From IMG/VR virus record IMGVR_UViG_3300042879_004886: a stretch of 64,000 bases of DNA; one strand, 5' to 3'. How positions within the stretch are numbered: the first letter of the stretch is position 1; each line of letters begins with the position of its first letter. A program made the translations under genes and the position numbers. This stretch comes from an uncultured virus (IMG/VR IMGVR_UViG_3300042879_004886) (Duplodnaviria > Heunggongvirae > Uroviricota > Caudoviricetes). Below are positions 1 through 9,953 of this stretch, piece after piece. The notes beneath the pieces are model-generated. The model was not told the DNA's origin, made no database searches, and saw only the letters and a program-made list of their open reading frames with translations.

Positions 1-1032
1 GGAACCACCAGTAGATCCGTTTTTTGGAACCGATGAACCAACTATTTCTATATTGTATCTGCTACCTTCATCCAAAAACTGGTATGCAAGATTGTAGTAA
101 GTATTCCCACCAGAAACACCCGCATCCAAAATTTTTGGAGTTTTTCTTACATAATAATAATCTTTAGTAATGAATTGAAGACCTTGATTGGTGGAGTAGT
201 TGTATATTTTTTTGTAAACAGTAGAACCAATTTTTGTTTCTGGCGTATCCCCGGCATAGATTGCATATTTAAAATTGTATAAATTTCTTCTGTTTTCCGA
301 AACAGGATCATCTGTACCAAGAACAGATGTCAGGCATTTGAAATTAATCTTGCTTTCCCAATCAGTCCACATAAAAAATCTAGGTCTATCGGCGTATCGT
401 GCAACTGGGGTAGAAGATGTTTTCAAAGGAACCGCAAGTGAACTTAGATAATTTAGATATTCAAGAACATTATCGGAAGACACTTCAGTTCCATCAAGCT
501 TTGGATTCAATGGTCTGTAACAAACATAATTTTCAGTTTCGTCTATAGTGCCACCGGGCAACGCTACTCCGGGCGACAGATTTTCCAAAATAGAGGAAAC
601 GTGTTTTATAAATTTATCAATTCTGAAAACTTTTGGCTTTGTGGTATTCAGTATTTTTGTTAATGTATGCTGTTGAGCATAATGATAAATGTAATTTGTA
701 AAATATATCGATAAAAATGTCGCTTCATTTTGAGATGCTGCATTGTTCGTGTGTGAAGCTGAGTGAAGTCTAAAATTTATTGTATCCCCATTTTCAAATT
801 TAAATACTACATAATCAATTGAATATGTGCTAAGTCTCGTAAGAAGATCATTTCTATCTTGTACAATAATTACTCCGCTGGGATAAGCGTCAAAAATACT
901 AGATTCCATTTCCAGTCTGTGAAAAACACATTCAGTGTTCTGCTTCAGAATATCAACTGATTGACTGGCATCAAAATTTTGTAAAAAAATTGATACTAAA
1001 GTTGAATGAAAAGGATTTGAATTTACACTCAT
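1..1032 (-). CDS. Baseplate hub-like protein (T4 gp27-like), runs off the left edge of the window
   Basis: Read manually: ATG at 1032 overlaps the TGA of the upstream gene (ATGA). N-terminus MSVNSNPFHSTLVSIFLQNF...LEMESSIFDAYPSGVIIVQDRNDLL resembles T4-like hub proteins. Follows the gp48 and gp53-like genes. Confidence 0.55.
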   Translation of the reverse strand, partial: MSVNSNPFHSTLVSIFLQNFDASQSVDILKQNTECVFHRLEMESSIFDAYPSGVIIVQDRNDLLTRLSTYSIDYVVFKFENGDTINFRLHSASHTNNAASQNEATFLSIYFTNYIYHYAQQHTLTKILNTTKPKVFRIDKFIKHVSSILENLSPGVALPGGTIDETENYVCYRPLNPKLDGTEVSSDNVLEYLNYLSSLAVPLKTSSTPVARYADRPRFFMWTDWESKINFKCLTSVLGTDDPVSENRRNLYNFKYAIYAGDTPETKIGSTVYKKIYNYSTNQGLQFITKDYYYVRKTPKILDAGVSGGNTYYNLAYQFLDEGSRYNIEIVGSSVPKNGSTGGS

Positions 1033-1877
1033 ATTATTGAATATTTAGGGACAACTAATCTAGAAAGAGCAGAAGAAAGGTCCGAGAGAACTATAAAACC
1101 AACTGTCTTGCTCTGAGACTTTATGTTTTGTTCAACAGTAAGATAGTCAGTCTGACTTTCCTGCATGAAGTTGAACTCTTTTGGATCGGTATTTTTTACT
1201 CCAGAATCAGTCAAAACTTCTTTTGATTTGTCTTTTGTAACTTCTTTTTCTATTGTCTTGGAATATTGCTGTGTATTTTTATTTGTTAGGTTATTATTTA
1301 ATTTATAATAAGTTTCACCTTTGTATATAAAACCAAATGTGCCACCGTCATCTATTCCAGGAACAACAATGTTTCCATTCGTATTATTTTTGCTTTCTTT
1401 AATAGTTACACTTAAAGAATAAGAGCTAGGTCTTTCTACCACGGCGAATGGACCATTTAAATCAAAATTTCCAACAGAAGAATATGACCAGGATGCTCCG
1501 CTGTTTTGTGCATAAGTTGTCAATACGCTGCCAGAAGGAACGGTAAAAGTTATTCCTGCACCATAAAAACCGGAATTTGTTGAGAGGGGATTGAATGAAA
1601 CTAGTCCAGAAGTATTGTTTAAGTAATTTGTAGGATTTTGTTTTGTTAACTTAAAAGGATTTATTTTATTGTTTGTAAAAACCAAAGCCCATAACATGTC
1701 CGGATTACCATAAACTTTTATTGAAGCTTCTACTAAAGTAGTTTTATTATCAACTTCAACTGTTGATGTTCTTTTATTTAAAAAATTTTTTCTGTAAAAA
1801 TTATAAAAGTTGGAGATGTTTACATCTCCAATTGGTGTGGAGTAGGCTTTTGTTTGTAAATTTTTAAATAGTTTCAT
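1029..1877 (-). CDS. gp53: Baseplate wedge subunit (T4 gp53-like)
   Basis: LysM-like motif SIKVYGNPDMLWALVFTNNKINPF; synteny with gp48. Confidence 0.75.
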   Translation of the reverse strand: MKLFKNLQTKAYSTPIGDVNISNFYNFYRKNFLNKRTSTVEVDNKTTLVEASIKVYGNPDMLWALVFTNNKINPFKLTKQNPTNYLNNTSGLVSFNPLSTNSGFYGAGITFTVPSGSVLTTYAQNSGASWSYSSVGNFDLNGPFAVVERPSSYSLSVTIKESKNNTNGNIVVPGIDDGGTFGFIYKGETYYKLNNNLTNKNTQQYSKTIEKEVTKDKSKEVLTDSGVKNTDPKEFNFMQESQTDYLTVEQNIKSQSKTVGFIVLSDLSSALSRLVVPKYSII

Positions 1878-1882
1878 TTTTA

Positions 1883-2692
1883 TTACAATATTGGGGCTGG
1901 ATTTTGTGATGCAGATACTTCAGATTTAGACCAAATATAATTTGCCGCAGGAACAAAAGTTCCTGTCTCAAACTCAGTAAATACCAAGCTCATTAGAGTA
2001 TAAGAAGATGTTCCACTAGGTAAAAATCTTATTACTGGATCTGCACCGCTATCATTCTTTTTTACAACTACTTGATTCAAAACACAAGGCAAAGGCTCTC
2101 CAAGCCATATTTCTGATAAATTTTCAAATATGCTTTGTTGACTTCCAGCGGTAACCTCAATTGACCACAAATTTTGTGGGTATGTCCTTTCAGGAAAGTT
2201 GGCTATCGATGGATATGAAAACTTTCTAAACGACGCAACAATATCTTCCACGGCCAGAGCTTCGGATTCATTGTGTGGTGTAAAAATATAATCAAACTGG
2301 TAAATTTTTCTTGCCTCACTTACCATAGACAATTCTGTTATATTTGAGAATCTTCTATAAGTAGATGTTGCAAATTGTTTTTCTGTATAAAATTTTGCAG
2401 GTTGAAGTGTTCTTTCAAATAGTTGATCAAAATTACCAAAACCACCAGCGTTCAGCACACCAGCCATGCTAAGCACAGGACCAACTGGATTATCCGCTTC
2501 TCCAAATTCGTGTCTTGCATCAAATCCTGGTTCTTTTGGTAGTGGCAATTTTATATGACCAAATCTTCTGTTTGCTATTCCCCATCTGGTTCTTTCCGTG
2601 TTTTTTAAGGAATAGGGCGCAACGTAAAAATTAACCCATAAAGGTTGTTCTGTGGCATAGGGGCCTAGAGGATATTGTGCAAAATATGACAT
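1883..2692 (-). CDS. gp48: Baseplate tail-tube cap (T4 gp48-like)
   Basis: Motifs IKLPLP and RKIYQFDYIFTPHNESEALAVEDIVASFRKFSYP typical of gp48. Confidence 0.75.
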   Translation of the reverse strand: MSYFAQYPLGPYATEQPLWVNFYVAPYSLKNTERTRWGIANRRFGHIKLPLPKEPGFDARHEFGEADNPVGPVLSMAGVLNAGGFGNFDQLFERTLQPAKFYTEKQFATSTYRRFSNITELSMVSEARKIYQFDYIFTPHNESEALAVEDIVASFRKFSYPSIANFPERTYPQNLWSIEVTAGSQQSIFENLSEIWLGEPLPCVLNQVVVKKNDSGADPVIRFLPSGTSSYTLMSLVFTEFETGTFVPAANYIWSKSEVSASQNPAPIL

Positions 2693-2726
2693 CTAGTAAT
2701 ATTTATCATTTTAATAAATATTTTTG

Positions 2727-2912
2727 ATGGCACAGTCAAATTCAAAAATAGACCATCTGTATGCAATTCTTTTCAGAGAATCAAAGATAATAATTTCAAA
2801 TTATGAAAAGTATCTTTTAGATAAGCTAACGTCCAAAGAATTGGCTCAAAAAATGCTAAGCCTTAAAGAAGCTATAACAAAAATAGAAGAAGAAAATAAG
2901 AAACTTGACTAA
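2727..2912 (+). CDS. Hypothetical protein
   Basis: ORF with ATG just after an ATAAATA late-promoter-like motif. Confidence 0.55.
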   Translation: MAQSNSKIDHLYAILFRESKIIISNYEKYLLDKLTSKELAQKMLSLKEAITKIEEENKKLD

Positions 2913-2938
2913 ACCAATATAAAGATTATATTGGTTGT

Positions 2939-3973
2939 ATGATTGTCAATTATGAGCCAAAACTAGATTATTCAGATGTTCTTATCATTCCCTCTATCTC
3001 TGAAATAAAGTCTAGAAAAGAAGTTTCATTAGAAGTGTCCACTACATTCAAGTGTGGTTCATCTTGGTCAGGTGTTCCTATAATGGTTGCAAACATGTCA
3101 ACAGTAGGAACCCATGAAATGGCTCACGCTCTGTCCGAATATAAAATAGTAACCTGTCTTAAAAAAGGAGGGGAATACTATGAAGATTTTGCCAACAAGT
3201 ACCAAGACAGAGAAAAATACGTATCACTCACACTGGGACTTGATCCCAATAGCAAACTTTACGTTGATTCAGCTACTATCAATGATCCAACTTTTGTTTG
3301 TGTTGATGTTGCAAATGGTTACATGAAGGAATTTCACAATTTTACAAGAAAGGTTAGAGAAAAATGGCCGAAGTCGATTTTGATTGCTGGAAATGTCGTG
3401 ACCCCAGAGGGGGTCGAGGAATTGTCCTTGGCTGGCGTAGACCTAGTAAAGGTGGGAATAGGATCGGGGTCGATGTGCTTGACCCGGCGTGTGGCAGGAG
3501 TGGGATATCCTCAGCTATCCGCAGTTCTAGAGTGTGCAGCAATAGCCGAAGCATTAGGTATTGGGATCGTTGCTGATGGTGGTATAATCCATCCAGGAGA
3601 CTTCTCAAAGGCATTTGTTGCTGGTGCTGCATTTGTGATGGCTGGTGGTATCTTTGCCGGTCACGATGAGTGTGGTGGTGAAATACGGCATGGGGAGCAC
3701 GGAGAACTAAAAATGCTTCATTATGGAATGAGCAGCAAAACTGCCAATGAAAAATACAATGGCGGTCTTTCTGATTACAGAGCCTCTGAAGGAAGAACGG
3801 TTGAGGTTCCCTATCACGGACCTGTTAAAAATACAGTTCAAGAAATTTTTGGAGGAATTCGCTCTGCTTGTTCATATGTTGGGGCATTTAACTTGCCAGA
3901 ACTGTATTCCCGTGGTAAACTGATTAAAGTAAATCGCACAATCAACAACATTTTTGAAAACCACGAAGTATGA
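2939..3973 (+). CDS. guaC: GMP reductase
   Basis: KLDYSDVLI, WSGVPIMVANM, CVDVANGY, VKVGIGSGSMCLTR (catalytic Cys loop), ADGG, YGMSS, YRASEG. Confidence 0.95.
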   Translation: MIVNYEPKLDYSDVLIIPSISEIKSRKEVSLEVSTTFKCGSSWSGVPIMVANMSTVGTHEMAHALSEYKIVTCLKKGGEYYEDFANKYQDREKYVSLTLGLDPNSKLYVDSATINDPTFVCVDVANGYMKEFHNFTRKVREKWPKSILIAGNVVTPEGVEELSLAGVDLVKVGIGSGSMCLTRRVAGVGYPQLSAVLECAAIAEALGIGIVADGGIIHPGDFSKAFVAGAAFVMAGGIFAGHDECGGEIRHGEHGELKMLHYGMSSKTANEKYNGGLSDYRASEGRTVEVPYHGPVKNTVQEIFGGIRSACSYVGAFNLPELYSRGKLIKVNRTINNIFENHEV

Positions 3974-4533
3974 ATATCTTTGTCCTTGATAATGACGCTG
4001 CGACCTCTGCTCGCATGATGTGTGACAAGCATGTGGTAAAAATGATTCTTGAATCTTGCCAGTTGCTTTCTACTGCCCATCATGTACTTGATGGGGATCC
4101 TCTTGAAGTGAATACAGGCAAGCGTAGGTATAAGACACACGTATGCACAAAGAAAAACATATGCAAGGCGACAATGATCAACCATCCCTGCACGATATGG
4201 ACTAGGGAAAATAGATCAAATTACCTTTGGCTTTGGCGTCATGCATATGCTCTTTGCAAGGAATACACTCGTAGATACAACAAAATTCATGCAATGGAAT
4301 CTATGTTGCAAAATGAATTGTTTGATCCTCCGGTAAATATTGCCAAAGGTAAATTGACTCCCTTTGTGCAAGCAATGCCAGACCAATATAAAGACAGCAA
4401 TGCCGTTGTTGCATATAGAAAATATTACATTGGCGAAAAAGTGCGATTTGCAAAATGGAAAGTTACTGAGGAGCCTGAGTGGTGGATTACGAAGACTGCT
4501 GAAGTTTCTTCTGACGCTCTTCTTCCGTTCTAA
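3970..4533 (+). CDS. Pyrimidine-dimer DNA glycosylase/endonuclease V-family protein
   Basis: MNIFVLD...CDKHVVKMILESCQLLSTAH, NHPCTIW, QAMPDQYK...AYRKYY signature. Confidence 0.85.
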   Translation: MNIFVLDNDAATSARMMCDKHVVKMILESCQLLSTAHHVLDGDPLEVNTGKRRYKTHVCTKKNICKATMINHPCTIWTRENRSNYLWLWRHAYALCKEYTRRYNKIHAMESMLQNELFDPPVNIAKGKLTPFVQAMPDQYKDSNAVVAYRKYYIGEKVRFAKWKVTEEPEWWITKTAEVSSDALLPF

Positions 4534-5107
4534 GAGCAGTTGCAAGACCCATCATTCTTTTGGCAATTCCTCGACTTTTAGCATTTGGTTCTATTGCATT
4601 TTTATAATCTTTAGCATTTAGATATTCATCAGCTGCTTTTGCATACTGTCCTGCATTTATGTATTTAACAGCTTTAGGTGATTTTTGGACCATTCCTCTA
4701 AAATGTTCAGATGCAATTTGTGCCTGTAGTTCAGATGACATTGAATTAAATTTTGGAACCATTTTTTGAATTTGAGGAATTCTGGTAGAAACGTCTCTCT
4801 TGAAAAGAGTTTCAACTTGATTTGATGTTAAAGAAGATTTTCCAGATAAAACTTTATTTCCAAATTCGGGATCTTTTTTATGTTCTTCTGGAAAAACTTC
4901 AGCAAAAATTTTAGGAGAATCTTTTGTTATTAGATGTCCATGCCCTATTGTTGGTAAATTTTTGCTGTCTAGATATCGGGTTCTAACTTTTTCTTCATTT
5001 CCAGCAGACTCATATTCTCTTATAACACGACATATTCCATCTATGTCACATTGCATTTTTTCTTCTGGTGGAGCCATTTCCGCTAAAAAAATTTTAAATG
5101 ATTTCAT
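4487..5107 (-). CDS. Phage lysozyme (GH24-like) with an MKSFKIFLAE N-terminal leader
   Basis: E...YLDSKNLPTIGHGHL catalytic E/D/T pattern; start placed at ATG 5107. Confidence 0.8.
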   Translation of the reverse strand: MKSFKIFLAEMAPPEEKMQCDIDGICRVIREYESAGNEEKVRTRYLDSKNLPTIGHGHLITKDSPKIFAEVFPEEHKKDPEFGNKVLSGKSSLTSNQVETLFKRDVSTRIPQIQKMVPKFNSMSSELQAQIASEHFRGMVQKSPKAVKYINAGQYAKAADEYLNAKDYKNAIEPNAKSRGIAKRMMGLATALRTEEERQKKLQQSS

Positions 5108-5172
5108 GGGATTAATTGTTGCTAAAAGTCCAAATGCTAGTATAATTCTTCTTCTCATTAAAAGGAAACACA

Positions 5173-5490
5173 ATGAACGTAAAAGTATTTAGACTAAATT
5201 CTGGTGAAGAAATTTTATCACGTTTTGAAGAACAAGAAACCGGTTATATGTTAAAAGATCCGGCCATCCTTGTTCCAATGAATAAAGGACAGATTGGTCT
5301 AATGCCTTGGATGATGTACACAAAGGCCGCAAAGGGTGTATTTATTCCCAAGTCATTTGTTGCTTTTACTGTTGAGGCTTTGGAAGAACTAAAAGAACAA
5401 TACGATTCTAGTCTAAACAGCGGTATAGTTACTCCCTCCAATAAACTGGATCCTTCGCCCGGAGGATCTAAGCTCAGGCTTACGCCCTAA
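5173..5490 (+). CDS. Conserved T4-like phage hypothetical protein (Sm-like fold)
   Basis: MNVKVFRLNSGEEILS...IGLMPWM...YDSSLNSGIVTP pattern common in aquatic T4-like phages. Confidence 0.7.
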   Translation: MNVKVFRLNSGEEILSRFEEQETGYMLKDPAILVPMNKGQIGLMPWMMYTKAAKGVFIPKSFVAFTVEALEELKEQYDSSLNSGIVTPSNKLDPSPGGSKLRLTP

Positions 5491-5864
5491 TGAACATAGA
5501 TACAGTAATTCAGACGTATCTCCCCATAGCAAAGCCTCTTTCTATGGCTATGGAGAGACAAAAAAAGCATATTTCTCTCATAATATATAAGCGTAAAATT
5601 GTCGCGGTGGGTCAAAATATTTTTAAGACTCACCCCGACACTTTTCGTTTGGGATACCGAACCGCCGATATGCATTCAGAATTGGATGCATATAGAAAAG
5701 TTCCAAAAAACCTGAGAGACAAAAAGCTTATTTTGTTGAATTTTAGGTTTAACAGGTTTGGAGATTTCAGAAATTCAAAGCCCTGCCCAGTTTGTTCAAA
5801 GTGGTGCAATGAGCTTTTTCATAAAATTTACTACACCATGGATGATGGTATAAATATTCTATAA
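5490..5864 (+). CDS. Zinc-dependent cytidine/dCMP deaminase-family protein
   Basis: HSELDA...SKPCPVC zinc motif. Confidence 0.8.
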   Translation: MNIDTVIQTYLPIAKPLSMAMERQKKHISLIIYKRKIVAVGQNIFKTHPDTFRLGYRTADMHSELDAYRKVPKNLRDKKLILLNFRFNRFGDFRNSKPCPVCSKWCNELFHKIYYTMDDGINIL

Positions 5865-5867
5865 ATA
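5860..5867 (+). promoter_or_regulatory. T4-type late promoter TATAAATA
   Basis: Exact T4 late consensus upstream of a virion-like gene cluster; gp33 is encoded in the window. Confidence 0.7.
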
Positions 5868-5885
5868 TAATTGAGGAAAAATAGC

Positions 5886-6578
5886 ATGGGTGTAGGAAAA
5901 TCAATGAAAATTTTTACGGAAGCAATGGAAAACTCCATGAGCAATTTTGGTTATGGATCAAAAGTTGTCACCACAATGATGGGACCATTTCAGTGGAACG
6001 ACACTCTTGAAATGTGGGTCAATGTAAACAATGGTTTTATGCTTCCAAATATATCCATGCAAGACATGCTGGCATTTGGATATGGAGATGATGCTGGAGC
6101 TGTTGATGGTGGTGTAGATAAACCTGCTGGTGTGCAAATTTGCTACGAAAATATAACTTCTACGACTGGGTTAATTCTCACCCTAAAACCTAATGATGGA
6201 TATCAATCTTTAATTCCTCTTTACACCCCGGCAAATCCAGTAGAAGGATGCTTTGGGCAATTCTATGTTTTTGCTGGATTTTCCGAAACACCTACCCAAT
6301 TGGGAGTTGATTTGGAAATCACGATTGATGGAACAAATTACACCACACTAAATTATACAACTACTTTGGCAGTGCCACCGGCACTGCCATCATCCACAGT
6401 TTATACCGTTCCACGGTCTAGCTGGGGAACCGCCATTCAATTAAGAGTCAGACCAAATTCTACCACAACCAGCAATGGAGTTTGGCCGGTTGGAACCACA
6501 GGAATTGCAAGAGGACTTAGACTGTATAATCTAGACAACACGCAAATAATGTTGACCAGATTCTCTACAACGAATTAA
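5886..6578 (+). CDS. Hypothetical protein, probably virion-associated
   Basis: Thr/Gly-rich ORF after a late promoter. Confidence 0.6.
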   Translation: MGVGKSMKIFTEAMENSMSNFGYGSKVVTTMMGPFQWNDTLEMWVNVNNGFMLPNISMQDMLAFGYGDDAGAVDGGVDKPAGVQICYENITSTTGLILTLKPNDGYQSLIPLYTPANPVEGCFGQFYVFAGFSETPTQLGVDLEITIDGTNYTTLNYTTTLAVPPALPSSTVYTVPRSSWGTAIQLRVRPNSTTTSNGVWPVGTTGIARGLRLYNLDNTQIMLTRFSTTN

Positions 6579-6591
6579 TTTGGAGATATAA

Positions 6592-7413
6592 ATGGCACCG
6601 ATCCCAATCACATACGATAATTATAGCGAATTTATTCCCACCAACTGGGCCAGCAATACTGGTTACATACAAAGATATAATGATTGCTATATTCTCCATC
6701 CTGCTTTGAGTGCAACCGTATATCCTACTGGAGCAGATGCCACGAATCAGTTTATAACAACCCCAGTCATCTATTTTGATACTGGTATTGCCACCGAAGA
6801 TCAATCAGCTGCAAGATCTTCCGGTGGTATGGGGTTTAGAATAAATATGTTGGCCAAAACTGATGGATATCCAACTACCATACCTCAGATGGCCGCTAGA
6901 GGAATGACTCTTCTTTTGAAGTATGGTGTTGATGGTGATGCAAATACTGCAGGTAATTTAAAGTATTCGACAACAGGAAATACCTATAGAGTTACAAATG
7001 GAGTTACAGGATACATAACTGCTGGATTTGGAATGGCGCTTGGAATTCCAGCAAAACTTCCTATAGGAACAACTGGTGCAACTGGAACCTATACATTTTT
7101 TATAACTAATAGTCCAAAAGGAAATTGCTATACTTATTTTGAAGAGGCTTATTATCTTTGGAGAGTTCAAATTTGCTTGGGTCACAGAGTTGGATCTGAT
7201 CCTCTGTACACTGGACCAGCGCTCATAATGGACGGAAACTGCGCTTGGTTTGACATAACAAGCAGAGGAAACTCTGGTGGGACATATTTCCACAATTTTG
7301 ATGGATATGCAATGCCATATGACTCAAACAGAGTTACCCATCCAACAACAGACTCTGGTGCGGGTGCCAATGACGCCGATCCAGGAAACTGGCCAATTGA
7401 ATATACTCCCTAA
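6592..7413 (+). CDS. Hypothetical virion protein
   Basis: Thr/Gly/Tyr-rich beta-type composition in a late cluster. Confidence 0.6.
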   Translation: MAPIPITYDNYSEFIPTNWASNTGYIQRYNDCYILHPALSATVYPTGADATNQFITTPVIYFDTGIATEDQSAARSSGGMGFRINMLAKTDGYPTTIPQMAARGMTLLLKYGVDGDANTAGNLKYSTTGNTYRVTNGVTGYITAGFGMALGIPAKLPIGTTGATGTYTFFITNSPKGNCYTYFEEAYYLWRVQICLGHRVGSDPLYTGPALIMDGNCAWFDITSRGNSGGTYFHNFDGYAMPYDSNRVTHPTTDSGAGANDADPGNWPIEYTP

Positions 7414-7431
7414 ATAAAGGGGAGATGTGAC

Positions 7432-9951
7432 ATGCCTAAAAAAGAATGTTGCTGTGGTGTTACAGGATCTTTTATTGCGATACCCTGTAGATATGCATCT
7501 GTAAAAAAGTTTTACGGACCAAATACAAATTCAGATTATTTTTATCCCCACAGAGAAGGTGGGGCGTTTAATGGTGTTGTAAATGGGCCATTCAGATTTT
7601 TTAATGGTGTGGTTCAATTTGATACTACACGAGATGTAGTTTATATGATACGGGGGGCTGGTGGCGGTGGAGCTGGACCGTATTTGCCTGAAATAGAAAA
7701 TGAAAAAAGATATGGCTTGGGTGGAAATGGGGCATACACGCAACACACAAAAAAAGCAGCTTTAGATGATGTTGTGCGCCCTGGAAGTGGAGGTTCTGGT
7801 GGTGCAAATTATACAAATTCTTATGCAGCACAAACATTCAGAAAGCGTGGGGGAGATGCAATTTCAATTTCTGGAGAGGGTGGTGATGCTGCACTGCTAG
7901 CAAAAGAAGCAGATATTCCTGGCGAATTTAGTCCAATGAATTCTATAGCGGTTTCTGGTGGCGGGGGTGGTGGATCTATAGTAACTGGTGTTTCTTCAGA
8001 ATTAAACGGTGGTAGAAAAGGGGGCCACGCGGGAATTACTTTAGGAGAAAACGGACAAAATGGCATTAGCTCTTTTGGTAGTACACCAATTGGTGGAGGA
8101 AATGGTGCCACTGAATTTGCTGGAGGAACAGCACTCAATGGTTCTTCTCCTGACCCAAATAATAGAAATGCAAAAGATGGAACTTTTTTGGGTGGTGGCA
8201 GAGGAGCAAGAAGAGTAGACACCGTAACAAATACAAGTGTTGGGTACGGTGGGGGAGGAGGTGGCGGACTGTATGGTGGCGGTGGTGGTGCGATTGATGG
8301 AGGGGGTGGTGGGGGATCTTCCAAGGGAAATACTTTATATTCATTTTCATCAAAAGATGACTATTCTGCAAATTATTGCAATCCATATTTGGATTACAAT
8401 TCCGGTGTAGGTGGAAGAAGAATACCATTAAATAATCAGCTAAAAGGAACTGATGGAGAAATAGCCCAGTATTACATCTATGGATTTTGTGAGTGCGATC
8501 CTTCAAAAAACATAGTACCAGATCCTCTTTTTATATGCTTGAATTCAGATCAAGCTCAATACATATTGAAACAAGCCGGAGACCCGCCCCCTCCAACTGA
8601 AAATGGAATACCGATTTATTATTCTTTGTTATTTGTATACGATGGTGAAACTTATGTACTAACAGGATCTTGTGTAAAAGACTGTGAAGATCCTTATAAA
8701 ATTTCAAGTTCTGCTGCTTTTTCAGATATAAGATATTCAAGATCAAATCAACCAGATATTTCAAATGCGTGGGACAATCCTCCTTGTTGCAGTCAAGTTT
8801 TATGCACACCTCTTTGTCCTTTAGAGGGCGTTAATTGCGCTCAATGTGGATGTCCAGAATTTAATGAACTTCTTGTCTGCTGTGAAACAGCAGATAAACC
8901 TGATTTGTATTATTCAATATACAACGGTTGGATTTACAGTTGCAAAAAATCAAATAACAACTGGATTGTTCCCGGGGAAATATCACAGAATGTAACCGTA
9001 CAGTGCCTTGATCCAATAAATCCAGCACCACAGTGCGAAAGAGAACAAGAGGATTGCAGTGATTCTATAGTAGAATATTACGATAAATGTAGTCCACTAG
9101 TTTGCTATGATAGATGTAATCAATACAATATTACCATATCAACAAATAATTTGATTTATCGTATTTATTGTTTCAATCCCCCAAACAATCCATGTGTAGA
9201 AAAATCATCGGCATTTAGTCATACATTTATCAATGCAACACCGGGACAAAATTTTTATAGTGAGCCTTTATTTTGTGATAATGGTAACCAAGGTGGCAGT
9301 GTTAGTTATTTTTTAAACTGGACTTTTTATCAAGATTTAAATTTATCAGAAGAAAAATTATTTTTAACAATTGAATTTGATTGCATACCCCCAACAGACT
9401 CTTTTAATCAATATCCATATTATATTCCCCCAAATAATGGAACTTGGACTATATGCGGAGCATCTTTGGCAGTAGGAAATTTGGATGGAAGTGGTGGAGC
9501 TTACTTAAGTAGTATAGTAACAAAATTAAACTCAAAATTAGCTGGAAGAGTAAGACTTAATACCAATTATCCTGATTTGTTTTGGGGCGAATGTTCTCAA
9601 CTAAATTCTTCAGGATTTAGAATAGAAGAAGATATAAGTACTGGCGTTTTAGTAATTAAATTATATGCTATTCAGTGGTTCTTAAGAGCTTGTGGTGATG
9701 CTTCTATTTCAGTCAGTTCCAAGCAATGTAGTGGAGGAGGAAAAGGTAGACTTTTTGAATCTGCTCCGTTGGATACATGGAACATGCCATCAAATTTAAA
9801 TTTATCTGCATGTGCTTGTGAAAATATTTTAGATGAATTCGGGAATCCAACAGGGTATTCCAATTATCCAAATTGTTGTGGTGGCGAGCTGCCACCGGGT
9901 GGCGGAGGAGTAATACTGTTTCCATGTGACGATTTAACAATAAGTGGATAA
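7432..9951 (+). CDS. Glycine-rich, cysteine-rich virion protein (tail fibre or receptor-binding-like)
   Basis: Poly-Gly GAGGGG repeats in the N-terminal half and many CC/CxxC motifs in the C-terminal half. Confidence 0.6.
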   Translation: MPKKECCCGVTGSFIAIPCRYASVKKFYGPNTNSDYFYPHREGGAFNGVVNGPFRFFNGVVQFDTTRDVVYMIRGAGGGGAGPYLPEIENEKRYGLGGNGAYTQHTKKAALDDVVRPGSGGSGGANYTNSYAAQTFRKRGGDAISISGEGGDAALLAKEADIPGEFSPMNSIAVSGGGGGGSIVTGVSSELNGGRKGGHAGITLGENGQNGISSFGSTPIGGGNGATEFAGGTALNGSSPDPNNRNAKDGTFLGGGRGARRVDTVTNTSVGYGGGGGGGLYGGGGGAIDGGGGGGSSKGNTLYSFSSKDDYSANYCNPYLDYNSGVGGRRIPLNNQLKGTDGEIAQYYIYGFCECDPSKNIVPDPLFICLNSDQAQYILKQAGDPPPPTENGIPIYYSLLFVYDGETYVLTGSCVKDCEDPYKISSSAAFSDIRYSRSNQPDISNAWDNPPCCSQVLCTPLCPLEGVNCAQCGCPEFNELLVCCETADKPDLYYSIYNGWIYSCKKSNNNWIVPGEISQNVTVQCLDPINPAPQCEREQEDCSDSIVEYYDKCSPLVCYDRCNQYNITISTNNLIYRIYCFNPPNNPCVEKSSAFSHTFINATPGQNFYSEPLFCDNGNQGGSVSYFLNWTFYQDLNLSEEKLFLTIEFDCIPPTDSFNQYPYYIPPNNGTWTICGASLAVGNLDGSGGAYLSSIVTKLNSKLAGRVRLNTNYPDLFWGECSQLNSSGFRIEEDISTGVLVIKLYAIQWFLRACGDASISVSSKQCSGGGKGRLFESAPLDTWNMPSNLNLSACACENILDEFGNPTGYSNYPNCCGGELPPGGGGVILFPCDDLTISG

Positions 9952-9953
9952 AA

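Noticed and set aside
7821..8324. Poly-proline ORF on the minus strand
   Set aside because: Reverse complement of the poly-Gly codons of the 839-aa gene.
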